NCBI GenBank assembly: GCA_963663385.2
Contig: CAXXXD010000003.1
Location: 1 to 64,000 of the forward strand
From: Oceanispirochaeta sp.
GTDB lineage: Bacteria; Spirochaetota; Spirochaetia; DSM-2461
Direction: 5' to 3'
Length of the DNA stretch: 64,000 nucleotides
In this document: positions 56,579 to 64,000 of the stretch, one piece after another
Layout of the letters: the number at the start of each line of letters is the position of its first letter
Numbering within the stretch: the stretch's first letter is position 1
Program-made: the position numbers and the translations under genes
The notes under the pieces: model-generated
Databases searched by the model: none
Told to the model about the DNA's origin: nothing
The model's input: the letters and a program-made list of their open reading frames with translations, nothing else

Positions 56579-58399
56579 CTAATTCAGCAGAGCCCTGGTT
56601 TGCTGATCTTTTAACTGAAAAAAGGATACCGTTCTTTCCAGCATATTAGCCTGTTCCGCAAGGTCTTCCGAGGTAGCGGATATCTCCTCCGAAAAACTGG
56701 CGTTCTGCTGTACAACCCTGTCCAGTTGCAGAATCGCGCTGTTTACCTGTTCGACACCCGAACTCTGTTCATTGCTGGCTGCGCTTATCTCTCTTACCAG
56801 TTCGGATGTCTGCTTAATATTCACTATCAGTCTGGAGATCATTTCAGCTGCGGATTCCGCACTTTTACTCGTTTCCTGAGAGAGTTCGGTTATCTCCCCT
56901 GCGGCTTCCTGACTGTTCTCCGCCAGTTTCCTGACCTCAGATGCCACGACGGCAAAACCCTTGCCGTGTTCTCCCGCTCTGGCTGCCTCAATGGCGGCAT
57001 TCAGAGCCAGCAGGTTTGTATTTCTGGCAATTTCCTGAATAATGGAAATCTTCTCTATAATTGATTTCATGGCTTCCACAGCTTCTTTTACAGCGGCTCC
57101 GCTCTCTTCTGCATCCCTGGCAGCCTGTTCCGCCATTTTCTCGGTTTGCATGGCATTGTGGGCATTCTGGGAAATATTCGAGCCCATTTCCTCCATAGAG
57201 GCGGATACCTCTTCCGCTGCTGTCGCCTGGGAGGAAGCTCCTTCCGACATCTGTGCTGTGTTGGAGCTGAGCTGAACACTGCCCGATGCAACAGAACCGG
57301 ATGCTTCCATAACCTTCCCGACAACATCGGCTATCTTGACAGACATTTCCCGCAGGGCATTGGCAAGGTCTCCCACCTCATCATTCGTATAAACATCCAG
57401 AGTGGCATTCAAGTTTCCCCCCGCAAGTGTATTGGCAAACTGTACGCCCTTCTGCAGAGATCTGGTAATTCTGTTTAATATAGTTATGAAAACAAACAGG
57501 GAAATAAAGACTATGACAACCAGCAGGATAATGACATTCCTGACAAAGGCTGTCAGAGTAGAGGTAAATTCCGCAAGCGGGTAGGCAACGATCCATGTGG
57601 CTTCTTCATATTTCATGGCACCGTAAAAGGTATCGTTCAGCACCTTAAAACCCTCTCCCCTTACAGATTGTAAAAAGAACTTAAGCTCTTCGTCATTAAG
57701 GGATTTTCCAACCTTGTTCAATTCGGTATGTCCCATAATTGTAAAATTATTATCTATAAGAAAGGCTGTTCCATTGTGCGAGATCTGGAGACCTTCGAAA
57801 GTACTGGCAACGGAACTGGATTCGATTACACTCTGCAGCTCCTTTGGCGTAATTCCAATCTGTACAATCCCCGGAGCATCTTTTCTGGCCACTCCTATAT
57901 ACTGGAACAGTACTTTATCCACACCTCTGGGCGCCGGATCCTGAGCCAGGGTCAGGTCAGGATCCTTCAGAATCCGGAGGAAGGGTTTTGTCTGCTCCGA
58001 GGTTGCAAAATCAAACCCGAAAAATCCGGGAATATTCCCCCACCGGAGTACACCCTCGCCGTCGGTTACATGAATCTCGTCTATTCCGATCGCCTCGGCC
58101 AGGGCAGCCATGTTCTCCGTTTCGATTAAAGCGGGATCTGTCTGGATTGTTTCTGCAACAGATTTGGCAATACGGATGAAATTTTTATTAAGGGATTCTT
58201 TCAGAATATTAATCTGTTCCTGGGAATCCTTCAATGCCGTGGTAATCTCAGAAAGCTGCTCTTCAGCTGTAAGAAGCATCAAGTCATCGATGGAATTTCT
58301 CTGAAGTACATAGGAATAGGTTGAAACCAGAACGAGCGACACAATAAGGATCGCTGATATGGGAAGCAATATTTTAGTTTTAACACTGAGTTTTATCAT
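56579..58399 (-). CDS. Methyl-accepting chemotaxis protein
   Basis: TM-sensor-[40 protein letters not shown]. Confidence 0.96.
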   Translation of the reverse strand: MIKLSVKTKILLPISAILIVSLVLVSTYSYVLQRNSIDDLMLLTAEEQLSEITTALKDSQEQINILKESLNKNFIRIAKSVAETIQTDPALIETENMAALAEAIGIDEIHVTDGEGVLRWGNIPGFFGFDFATSEQTKPFLRILKDPDLTLAQDPAPRGVDKVLFQYIGVARKDAPGIVQIGITPKELQSVIESSSVASTFEGLQISHNGTAFLIDNNFTIMGHTELNKVGKSLNDEELKFFLQSVRGEGFKVLNDTFYGAMKYEEATWIVAYPLAEFTSTLTAFVRNVIILLVVIVFISLFVFITILNRITRSLQKGVQFANTLAGGNLNATLDVYTNDEVGDLANALREMSVKIADVVGKVMEASGSVASGSVQLSSNTAQMSEGASSQATAAEEVSASMEEMGSNISQNAHNAMQTEKMAEQAARDAEESGAAVKEAVEAMKSIIEKISIIQEIARNTNLLALNAAIEAARAGEHGKGFAVVASEVRKLAENSQEAAGEITELSQETSKSAESAAEMISRLIVNIKQTSELVREISAASNEQSSGVEQVNSAILQLDRVVQQNASFSEEISATSEDLAEQANMLERTVSFFQLKDQQTRALLN

Positions 58400-58460
58400 T
58401 ATACAAACTCCTATAAAAAGTCAATCATAAGCCTATTAACAAGCTTACAATTGAACCGGA

Positions 58461-59573
58461 TTACCCAGTTTTTACGGCATTGAATGCAGCCGCCTGCATC
58501 TTCAAGTACTTATCATCCGGAACCATCTTCAACGGATCAAAGGGTTCACGGGTTTTCAATATGGAGTACACTACCGTACTCATCTTTCTTGCAGAGGCGA
58601 TAATACTCGTGCCGCTGCCCTTGTTCTTCTTCATCGCTCTGTACTTCGTCATGATACGGTAATTGCCAGTCGTTTTCCGAGTTCTAACCATTCCCATAAC
58701 ACACTGAACAAATGCCGTTCTCAGTTCTACAGCCCCTCTCTTTGTTATATGCCCATGATGAATCGTCTCATTGGAGTTCTGCACCCATGGTACAAGACCG
58801 GCATAAGCCGAATACTTCTTGGCACTGGCGTACCGCTTGATATCATCCGTATAGGCCCTAATAGTCGATGCCGTTATCAATCCGACTCCCGGGATCGTCT
58901 GCAATAACTGTACATCCTCATCTTCCTTTACAAGTTCCAGCAGGACTTTCTCTAACTGCTTGACCTGGTTCGAAACCTGATCTATCGTAGAAAGCAGCGG
59001 TTCTATCGCTTTGGCAGCGCTTCCGAAACTCCTATGGTCCACGAGACCGATGAGGATGCGCTGCCTTTCTTTTTTACTCTGCAGCGCAGCTCTTTTTGTT
59101 TCAATTCCATACCCTAGAAGCAGTCCGTGAACCTGATTCTTCAAAGATACGACTGATTTAACAAGGATAGTTCTGGATTTAAGAACTCTACGGATATCCT
59201 CACTCTCCTGAGAACAAAGCTGTGATTCGGGAAGCATATCTTTTTCCAAGAACTCTGCTAGAGTTCTGGCATCATGCTTATCCGTCTTTTTCACTGATTC
59301 ATTTACAACTTTGAATTTCAGTGTATTCACAACCACCACCTCAATCCCTGCTAGCAATAGCTTGTTACGGAAGAACCGGGCATTTCCTGTTGATTCCACT
59401 GCAGCCCTAACATCAAGGCCCTCTTCTGTATAGGACACTGCTTTCTCAAGAAATGCTCTGTAACCGTCCTCAGAGGTCGGATACATTCCTGATTCACAAA
59501 TGCTTCTATCATCACTCAGGAAACAGACTGTTAACTGGGATTTGTGCAGATCCACTCCGATACTCATCTTCAT
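58461..59573 (-). CDS. IS110 family transposase/recombinase (DEDD + Ser)
   Basis: IGVDLHK, AVEST, KTDKHDA, TIPGVG, YAGLVP..QNS, ITKRG; start set at ATG 59573 after AGGAG. Confidence 0.95.
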   Translation of the reverse strand: MKMSIGVDLHKSQLTVCFLSDDRSICESGMYPTSEDGYRAFLEKAVSYTEEGLDVRAAVESTGNARFFRNKLLLAGIEVVVVNTLKFKVVNESVKKTDKHDARTLAEFLEKDMLPESQLCSQESEDIRRVLKSRTILVKSVVSLKNQVHGLLLGYGIETKRAALQSKKERQRILIGLVDHRSFGSAAKAIEPLLSTIDQVSNQVKQLEKVLLELVKEDEDVQLLQTIPGVGLITASTIRAYTDDIKRYASAKKYSAYAGLVPWVQNSNETIHHGHITKRGAVELRTAFVQCVMGMVRTRKTTGNYRIMTKYRAMKKNKGSGTSIIASARKMSTVVYSILKTREPFDPLKMVPDDKYLKMQAAAFNAVKTG

Positions 59574-59584
59574 ACCTTCGCTCC

Positions 59585-59742
59585 TATTGCCTAAAACAGC
59601 GCCTGTACGGTGAATTGATTCCATTCTCCTATCCGGTCTCGAAGACCATTGAATGTTTCGGTCACGGCTCTTCATTCTCCTGTACGGTCTCGGAGACCAG
59701 TAAAAATGGCGAACAGTAACCTGGCTGTTCTAAACGATGTTT
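59585..59742 (-). ncRNA. Putative IS110 bridge-RNA-like noncoding RNA (approximate limits)
   Basis: About 190-nt left-end noncoding region downstream of TACAAT; GAACAG/CTGTTC stem and two similar structured modules CATT..GGTCTYCGAGACC..AGGAGAATG. Confidence 0.6.
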
Positions 59743-60116
59743 AGAACATTGTATCAATCCACAAGCCTATGAAGACTTTTTATCATTCCTCCTGTAATAG
59801 AATTTAAAAATCTGTTCACTTTAAATAACGTATAAATGAACTATCTAAACCAATCCTAAAAAAACGTGGTATAGAGTGCTTGGTATCTCTATGAAGTATT
59901 GTGATTATTGAGTAGGGATAGTAATGCCCGTTTGTTAATTCTGTGAAGGCCGAACGGCCCGTCTCATGACAGCGGCCATCCTGCCCGGTAAAAACACCAG
60001 CTCAATTCAGCTCCGTTAAAAATACGTTTCCCGGGAGTCAAAGGCATATCAAATAAGTGGTATTAAAGATCATATATTTTGAAGAGATATCGGGGATCAG
60101 GGCTTATAGTAGGGAT

Positions 60117-61322
60117 ATGAAAAAGAAAACCCCTGTGATTTCCGGCCTTTTATCGCTCTCTTTTATTGCCTTTATCTCCCTGGGACTGCCCGACGGCTTA
60201 CTGGGAGTCGCCTGGCCGGGGATCCGTCAGGATTTTTTCCTGCCCCTTGATGCATTGGGATCCCTCCTGGTTTTTTCCACGACCGGTTATATCCTGTCCA
60301 GTTTTTTCAGCGGAACCTTTGTCCGGCTGCTCGGATTGGGAGGCCTTCTCAGCATCAGCTGTTTCATTACGGCATCGGCTCTTCTGATCTACTCATTTAC
60401 ACCCTTCTGGATTCTTTTTGTTCTCTCCTCCATGCTGGGAGGAGTCGGGGCCGGAGCCATTGATGCGGGTATTAATACATATGTTGCCGGGAACCATAGT
60501 GAAAGGATGATGCAGTGGCTTCATGCCAGCTTTGGAATCGGAGTAACCCTCGGCCCACTTATCATGACATTCAGCATTGTTCATACCGGATTCTGGCAGC
60601 GCGGGTACCAGACTGTTGCCGCAGCGCAGCTGGTTCTGGCCGTCGTCTTCTTTACGACCCGATCATGGTGGAAGGGTCGGAAATACGAAGATGCTGTTCA
60701 GGAAACAGATCCTGTCAGTTTAACGGATACCCTCAAAGTCCCGGCCGCCTGGCTTGGTATGCTGATATTCCTGTTATACACAGGTGTGGAACTGGGGACC
60801 GGACTCTGGTCCTATACACTGCTTACCGAGTCCCGGGGAATCTCGCCGGGGACAGCCGGATTTGTAACAGGCAGCTACTGGGGAATGTTCACGCTGGGAA
60901 GAGTCCTGGCCGGATGGTATGCGCGGAAACTGTCTGTGGGGAATCTGATTTATATCAGTATCTTTCTGGCTCTTGCGGGAGTCCTTTTAATTTTATGCAA
61001 CATACATAACGTCCTGACCGTGGCAGGTTTTGTTTTAACAGGATTGGCAATCGCCCCTGTTTTTCCGGGGCTTGTTTCCGATACGGGAAACCGGGTCGGT
61101 TCGGAATTCGAGAAGCATACAATCGGGATGCAGATAGCGGCCGCCGGTGTGGGGGCCGCCATTATTCCGTCACTGGCGGGTGTTTTCGCCAGAATATTCG
61201 GGCTGGAAGTCATACCGTTTTTTATCCTGACAGCCCTGATCCTTTTGCTATTCTTTTTCCGTTTATCCCATGGTATGAAAAAGAACCGTCAGCCCGTAAG
61301 AGAGTCGTCCCTTACGGACTGA
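60117..61322 (+). CDS. MFS transporter
   Basis: FISLGLPDGLLGVAWP, GAGAIDAGIN, WLHASFGIG..LGP; about 12 TM. Confidence 0.9.
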   Translation: MKKKTPVISGLLSLSFIAFISLGLPDGLLGVAWPGIRQDFFLPLDALGSLLVFSTTGYILSSFFSGTFVRLLGLGGLLSISCFITASALLIYSFTPFWILFVLSSMLGGVGAGAIDAGINTYVAGNHSERMMQWLHASFGIGVTLGPLIMTFSIVHTGFWQRGYQTVAAAQLVLAVVFFTTRSWWKGRKYEDAVQETDPVSLTDTLKVPAAWLGMLIFLLYTGVELGTGLWSYTLLTESRGISPGTAGFVTGSYWGMFTLGRVLAGWYARKLSVGNLIYISIFLALAGVLLILCNIHNVLTVAGFVLTGLAIAPVFPGLVSDTGNRVGSEFEKHTIGMQIAAAGVGAAIIPSLAGVFARIFGLEVIPFFILTALILLLFFFRLSHGMKKNRQPVRESSLTD

Positions 61323-61329
61323 CGCAATC

Positions 61330-63222
61330 TTATCCCTGAATCATCTCTTCCCACTCCGTATACATCTTCTCCAGGCGGGAGGTCAGCTTATCCAGCTTGC
61401 CGGCGGTCTGCCGGCCTTTCAGTTTGTCCTTATCCCGGAAGGCTTCCTTTAATAACTCCTCCAGTCTGGATTTTTCATTCTCTCCTTCCTGAATCCGTCT
61501 TTCCAGAGCCCGGCTCCTGTCATCTGCGGCAGGTTCCGTTTTCTTCCTTTCAGCTCCCCGTCTTGAAATCTTTCCGCTGAGCCGCGGCAGAACGGGATAC
61601 TTCGTTCTGAAATACCCGGAGAAATTCCCCTCATAGGATTTGAATCGCCCCTTATCAATTTCTATAACCCGGTCTACCAGTCTGTCCAGAAAGTAGCGGT
61701 CGTGCGAGACCACCAGAACGGTTCCCCTGAACTTTTCGATAGCCTGTTCAATCATCTCCCGGCTGGGGATATCCATATGATTGGTCGGCTCGTCCAGTAT
61801 GAGAAAGTTGGTTTTTCTGTACATCAGACGGGCCAGCTGGAGACGGTTGACTTCTCCCCCGGAGAGAACGGAAAGAGGTTTTTCCATATCCCCGCAGGAA
61901 AAGGAAAAGTTTCTGGCCAGGGAAAAAGCGCCGTCCTTTGACAGAGCTCCCCAGCTTCGAATTTCATCCTCTACTGTAAGGGCTCCTTCCTGAAATTCCG
62001 GTGTTTGAGAAAGGTAGCCCACTATCTGACTGGGGCCCAGGCGCAGGTGAGTACTGTCCCATCTCCCCTGATCCAGCAGAACTTTCAGAAAGGTGGATTT
62101 CCCGCAGCCGTTCGGTCCCACAAGAGCCACCTTCTCCCGGCAACGGATTTCCAGATCAGCCCCGGCAAAGAGGGTTCTTTCTCCAAAACTCCAATTAAAA
62201 TCTTTTACCTGCAGGGCGATGTGTGAGCGGGAATCCTCGTCTCCGAAATCCAGGTTGAGGGCTTCTTCCTCCAGGCGGGGTTTCTCAAGGGTTTTATTTC
62301 TTTCTTCTGCCAGTTTCTGTTTCGCCGTACCCAGGCGCGCCATGACACTGGCCGGCGGATTATACTGGTTCATGGCTATGGTCTGGAGCTGTTTTATCTC
62401 CTTTTCCAGTTTCGCCTGAACCCTGCGGCTTGCTTCATAGGCGCTTTGCTCCGCAATGGCATTTCTGTATTTTTCTGTTCTAAAGGACGTATAGCTCCCT
62501 TTAAATTCAGTCAGTTTGCCCTCAAACAGGTCCAGCAGAACGGGACAGGTCTTTTCCAGAAGATACCGGTTGTGAGAAACAATCAGAACAGCGCCCGGAT
62601 AGGACGCCAGAAAGGATTCCAGCCAGGCCAACCCCAGATAATCCAGGTGATTCCCCGGTTCATCCAGAATGAGCAGTTCCGGTTCAGTCAGAAGGGCTCT
62701 GGCAAAAAAGATCATGCTCCGTTCTCCGCCGGAGAGGGAGCCCATCGGCTGGGTCAGAGGATTATCCAGCCCCAGTTTCGCTAAAAGGGCTTTTCCTCTA
62801 TCCAGAGCGGTGTATCCTCCTTTACTTTCAAAAAGGTCGCATACCTTCTGATACCCGGCCAGCAGCTTTCCCATTTTTTCCGGATCGGTTGCCAGCGAGG
62901 GATCAGCCATTCGCAGCTCCATCTTCTTCATCTCTCTGCTGAGGCCGGAGAGCTCTTCCACCAGGAACTCTTCAATCGTCCGGGACGGCTCGAAGCGGGG
63001 CTGCTGGGGAACGTAGCCGCATCTCAGCCCCGGTTTTTTCATGATGCGTCCCTTATCGGGTTCGTCCTCTCCCGTAATTAAGCGGATAAGAGTTGTCTTT
63101 CCTGCTCCATTGGGACCTATCAGACCATATTTTCCGCCTTCCAGCAACCTGAAGCCGGCGTTGATGAGTATCTCTCTGGAACCGTTATGCAGGTTCACAT
63201 TGTTTGCGTTGATTAAATCCAT
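61330..63222 (-). CDS. ABC-F family ATP-binding protein
   Basis: Two ABC cassettes (GPNGAGKT/LSGGE/LDEPGNH; GPNGCGKS/LSGGE/LDEPTNH), no TM, C-terminal coiled coil. Confidence 0.93.
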   Translation of the reverse strand: MDLINANNVNLHNGSREILINAGFRLLEGGKYGLIGPNGAGKTTLIRLITGEDEPDKGRIMKKPGLRCGYVPQQPRFEPSRTIEEFLVEELSGLSREMKKMELRMADPSLATDPEKMGKLLAGYQKVCDLFESKGGYTALDRGKALLAKLGLDNPLTQPMGSLSGGERSMIFFARALLTEPELLILDEPGNHLDYLGLAWLESFLASYPGAVLIVSHNRYLLEKTCPVLLDLFEGKLTEFKGSYTSFRTEKYRNAIAEQSAYEASRRVQAKLEKEIKQLQTIAMNQYNPPASVMARLGTAKQKLAEERNKTLEKPRLEEEALNLDFGDEDSRSHIALQVKDFNWSFGERTLFAGADLEIRCREKVALVGPNGCGKSTFLKVLLDQGRWDSTHLRLGPSQIVGYLSQTPEFQEGALTVEDEIRSWGALSKDGAFSLARNFSFSCGDMEKPLSVLSGGEVNRLQLARLMYRKTNFLILDEPTNHMDIPSREMIEQAIEKFRGTVLVVSHDRYFLDRLVDRVIEIDKGRFKSYEGNFSGYFRTKYPVLPRLSGKISRRGAERKKTEPAADDRSRALERRIQEGENEKSRLEELLKEAFRDKDKLKGRQTAGKLDKLTSRLEKMYTEWEEMIQG

Positions 63223-63226
63223 AAAA

Positions 63227-63400
63227 CTTCCTCCATTGTAAGAAAACAGCGTTTGCCACGCTTCCGGAGGAAAAGGGATATGAGATGTGTCTATCTGTAA
63301 TTTATCTTAATTTTCTCATACCTTTTTTATGTCCGGAAGCTCCCGAGCTGTCTTCCTCCAACGGACTTGTATAAAAGCCATGTCATAGTAAATGCCTCCT
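63227..63400 (-). promoter_or_regulatory. Putative translational attenuator of the ABC-F gene
   Basis: uORF, anti-SD and mutually exclusive hairpins (see findings). Confidence 0.65.
63327..63386 (-). CDS. Putative 19-aa leader peptide MTWLLYKSVGGRQLGSFRT
   Basis: AGGAGG SD at 63400-63395, 8 nt before ATG 63386; TAA at 63329-63327. Confidence 0.65.
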   Translation of the reverse strand: MTWLLYKSVGGRQLGSFRT

Positions 63401-63543
63401 GAATTAAAAAATCTTTTAACACTATAGTACCGATTCAGAGAATCTTGAAGGGAAATACGGTTTTTTTGTTTAATATCTTCGATTAGGTGATAGAATAAAA
63501 TGTACGTTGGTAATTTTATTCTATTTTAAGGAGGGGATTTTCC

Positions 63544-63903
63544 GTGCTGATAGAGTGTAAACATGTCAGTCAGGAACAGGTTGGTTTCCGGCGATATTTT
63601 ATGGATACATTTTTTGATCTCTTTGTCTGGTATGACAGGGCGGATGGAGAGATAACCGGTTTTGAACTCTGCTACGACAAACAGAACAATGAGCGGTCCA
63701 TCATATGGGACAGAGCTGCAGGATACACTCACAGCGGAGTCGACAGCGGCGAAGAGGACCCCGGACGTTATAAGCAGAGTCCCGTACTGGTGGCAGATGG
63801 TGTACTGGACAGCCTCTCCCTTGCCAGGAGATTCAAGGAAAACGAACTTCAGATGGATAGAACTGTTTTTGAGACGGTCTACCGGAAAATCGTTCAGTAT
63901 TGA
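63544..63903 (+). CDS. Hypothetical protein
   Basis: AAGGAGG SD before GTG; natural-looking sequence RRYF...DLFVWY...GFELCYDK...VDSGE...PVLVADG. Confidence 0.75.
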   Translation: MLIECKHVSQEQVGFRRYFMDTFFDLFVWYDRADGEITGFELCYDKQNNERSIIWDRAAGYTHSGVDSGEEDPGRYKQSPVLVADGVLDSLSLARRFKENELQMDRTVFETVYRKIVQY

Positions 63904-64000
63904 ATCCCGATCCAGCCGGTTTAGGTTCAACTCCGGAACAGGTGCGGTCTCTGAAGGTTTCCTTCTGATTTATTGCTTCTGTAGGACTGGTCCTACAAAA

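Larger units (their letters stand above)
58437..59770 (-). mobile_element. IS110 family element (boundaries ambiguous within an 8-bp shared core)
   Basis: AAGCCTAT at 58429-58436 and 59763-59770; removing the intervening DNA restores a hairpin; joining the ends creates a -35/-10 promoter. Confidence 0.8.

Noticed and set aside
59574..59675. N-terminal extension of the IS110 ORF to 59675
   Set aside because: The DEDD domain begins right after ATG 59573/59567 and the extension lies in the structured noncoding region. An AGGAG does lie near ATG 59675 but too close to it, so this start is unlikely though not excluded
59790..60050. c-di-GMP or other riboswitch upstream of the MCP
   Set aside because: No c-di-GMP-I/II consensus visible by eye; an Rfam scan of the IS-free allele would be decisive
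63526..63930. Minus-strand ORF opposite 63544..63903
   Set aside because: The plus-strand ORF has a strong SD and a more natural sequence
1..64000. CRISPR array, tRNA, rRNA, prophage
   Set aside because: No repeat-spacer periodicity, RNA gene signatures or phage genes noticed; the two IS110 modules are too few and have no cas genes

Overview
A 64-kb accessory-type chromosomal region of a bacterium, probably a free-living spirochaete (Spirochaetaceae-like; inferred from the solute-binding-protein signal peptides ending in A-x-G-x-x-E and the general gene content). I saw no rRNA, tRNA or CRISPR array. The first ~7.5 kb is a decaying insertion zone: an IS66 (right end at 1279) sits inside an IS1380 remnant, followed by TetR, SDR, DUF4386, AraC and DUF4143 fragments among intact GyrI-like, MocR and aldo/keto reductase genes. 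The rest encodes three sugar ABC import loci (Mgl-like with an AraR-type regulator; CUT2 with a GH3 hexosaminidase and LuxR; CUT1 with YesMN, AraC and GH31), three two-component systems (VWA-HK-RR, ChvG/ChvI-like, YesMN), c-di-GMP enzymes (two GGEEF cyclases, one HD-GYP), an MCP, TetR-controlled flavoprotein and MATE units, a RES-Xre toxin-antitoxin pair, an MFS and an ABC-F. Three observations stand out. (1) A translationally coupled ThDP enzyme / SRPBCC / KAS III-like operon (11839-15130) with an atypical Cys-Asn-Asn active site, a candidate small-molecule (acyloin/furanolide-type) pathway, followed by two membrane sensors. (2) An IS110 element whose ends, palindromic target, circle-junction promoter and two-module left-end noncoding (bridge-RNA-like) region can be read from the sequence. 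(3) A leader peptide plus alternative-hairpin attenuator upstream of the ABC-F gene. All protein calls come from motif recognition by eye; no searches were run.
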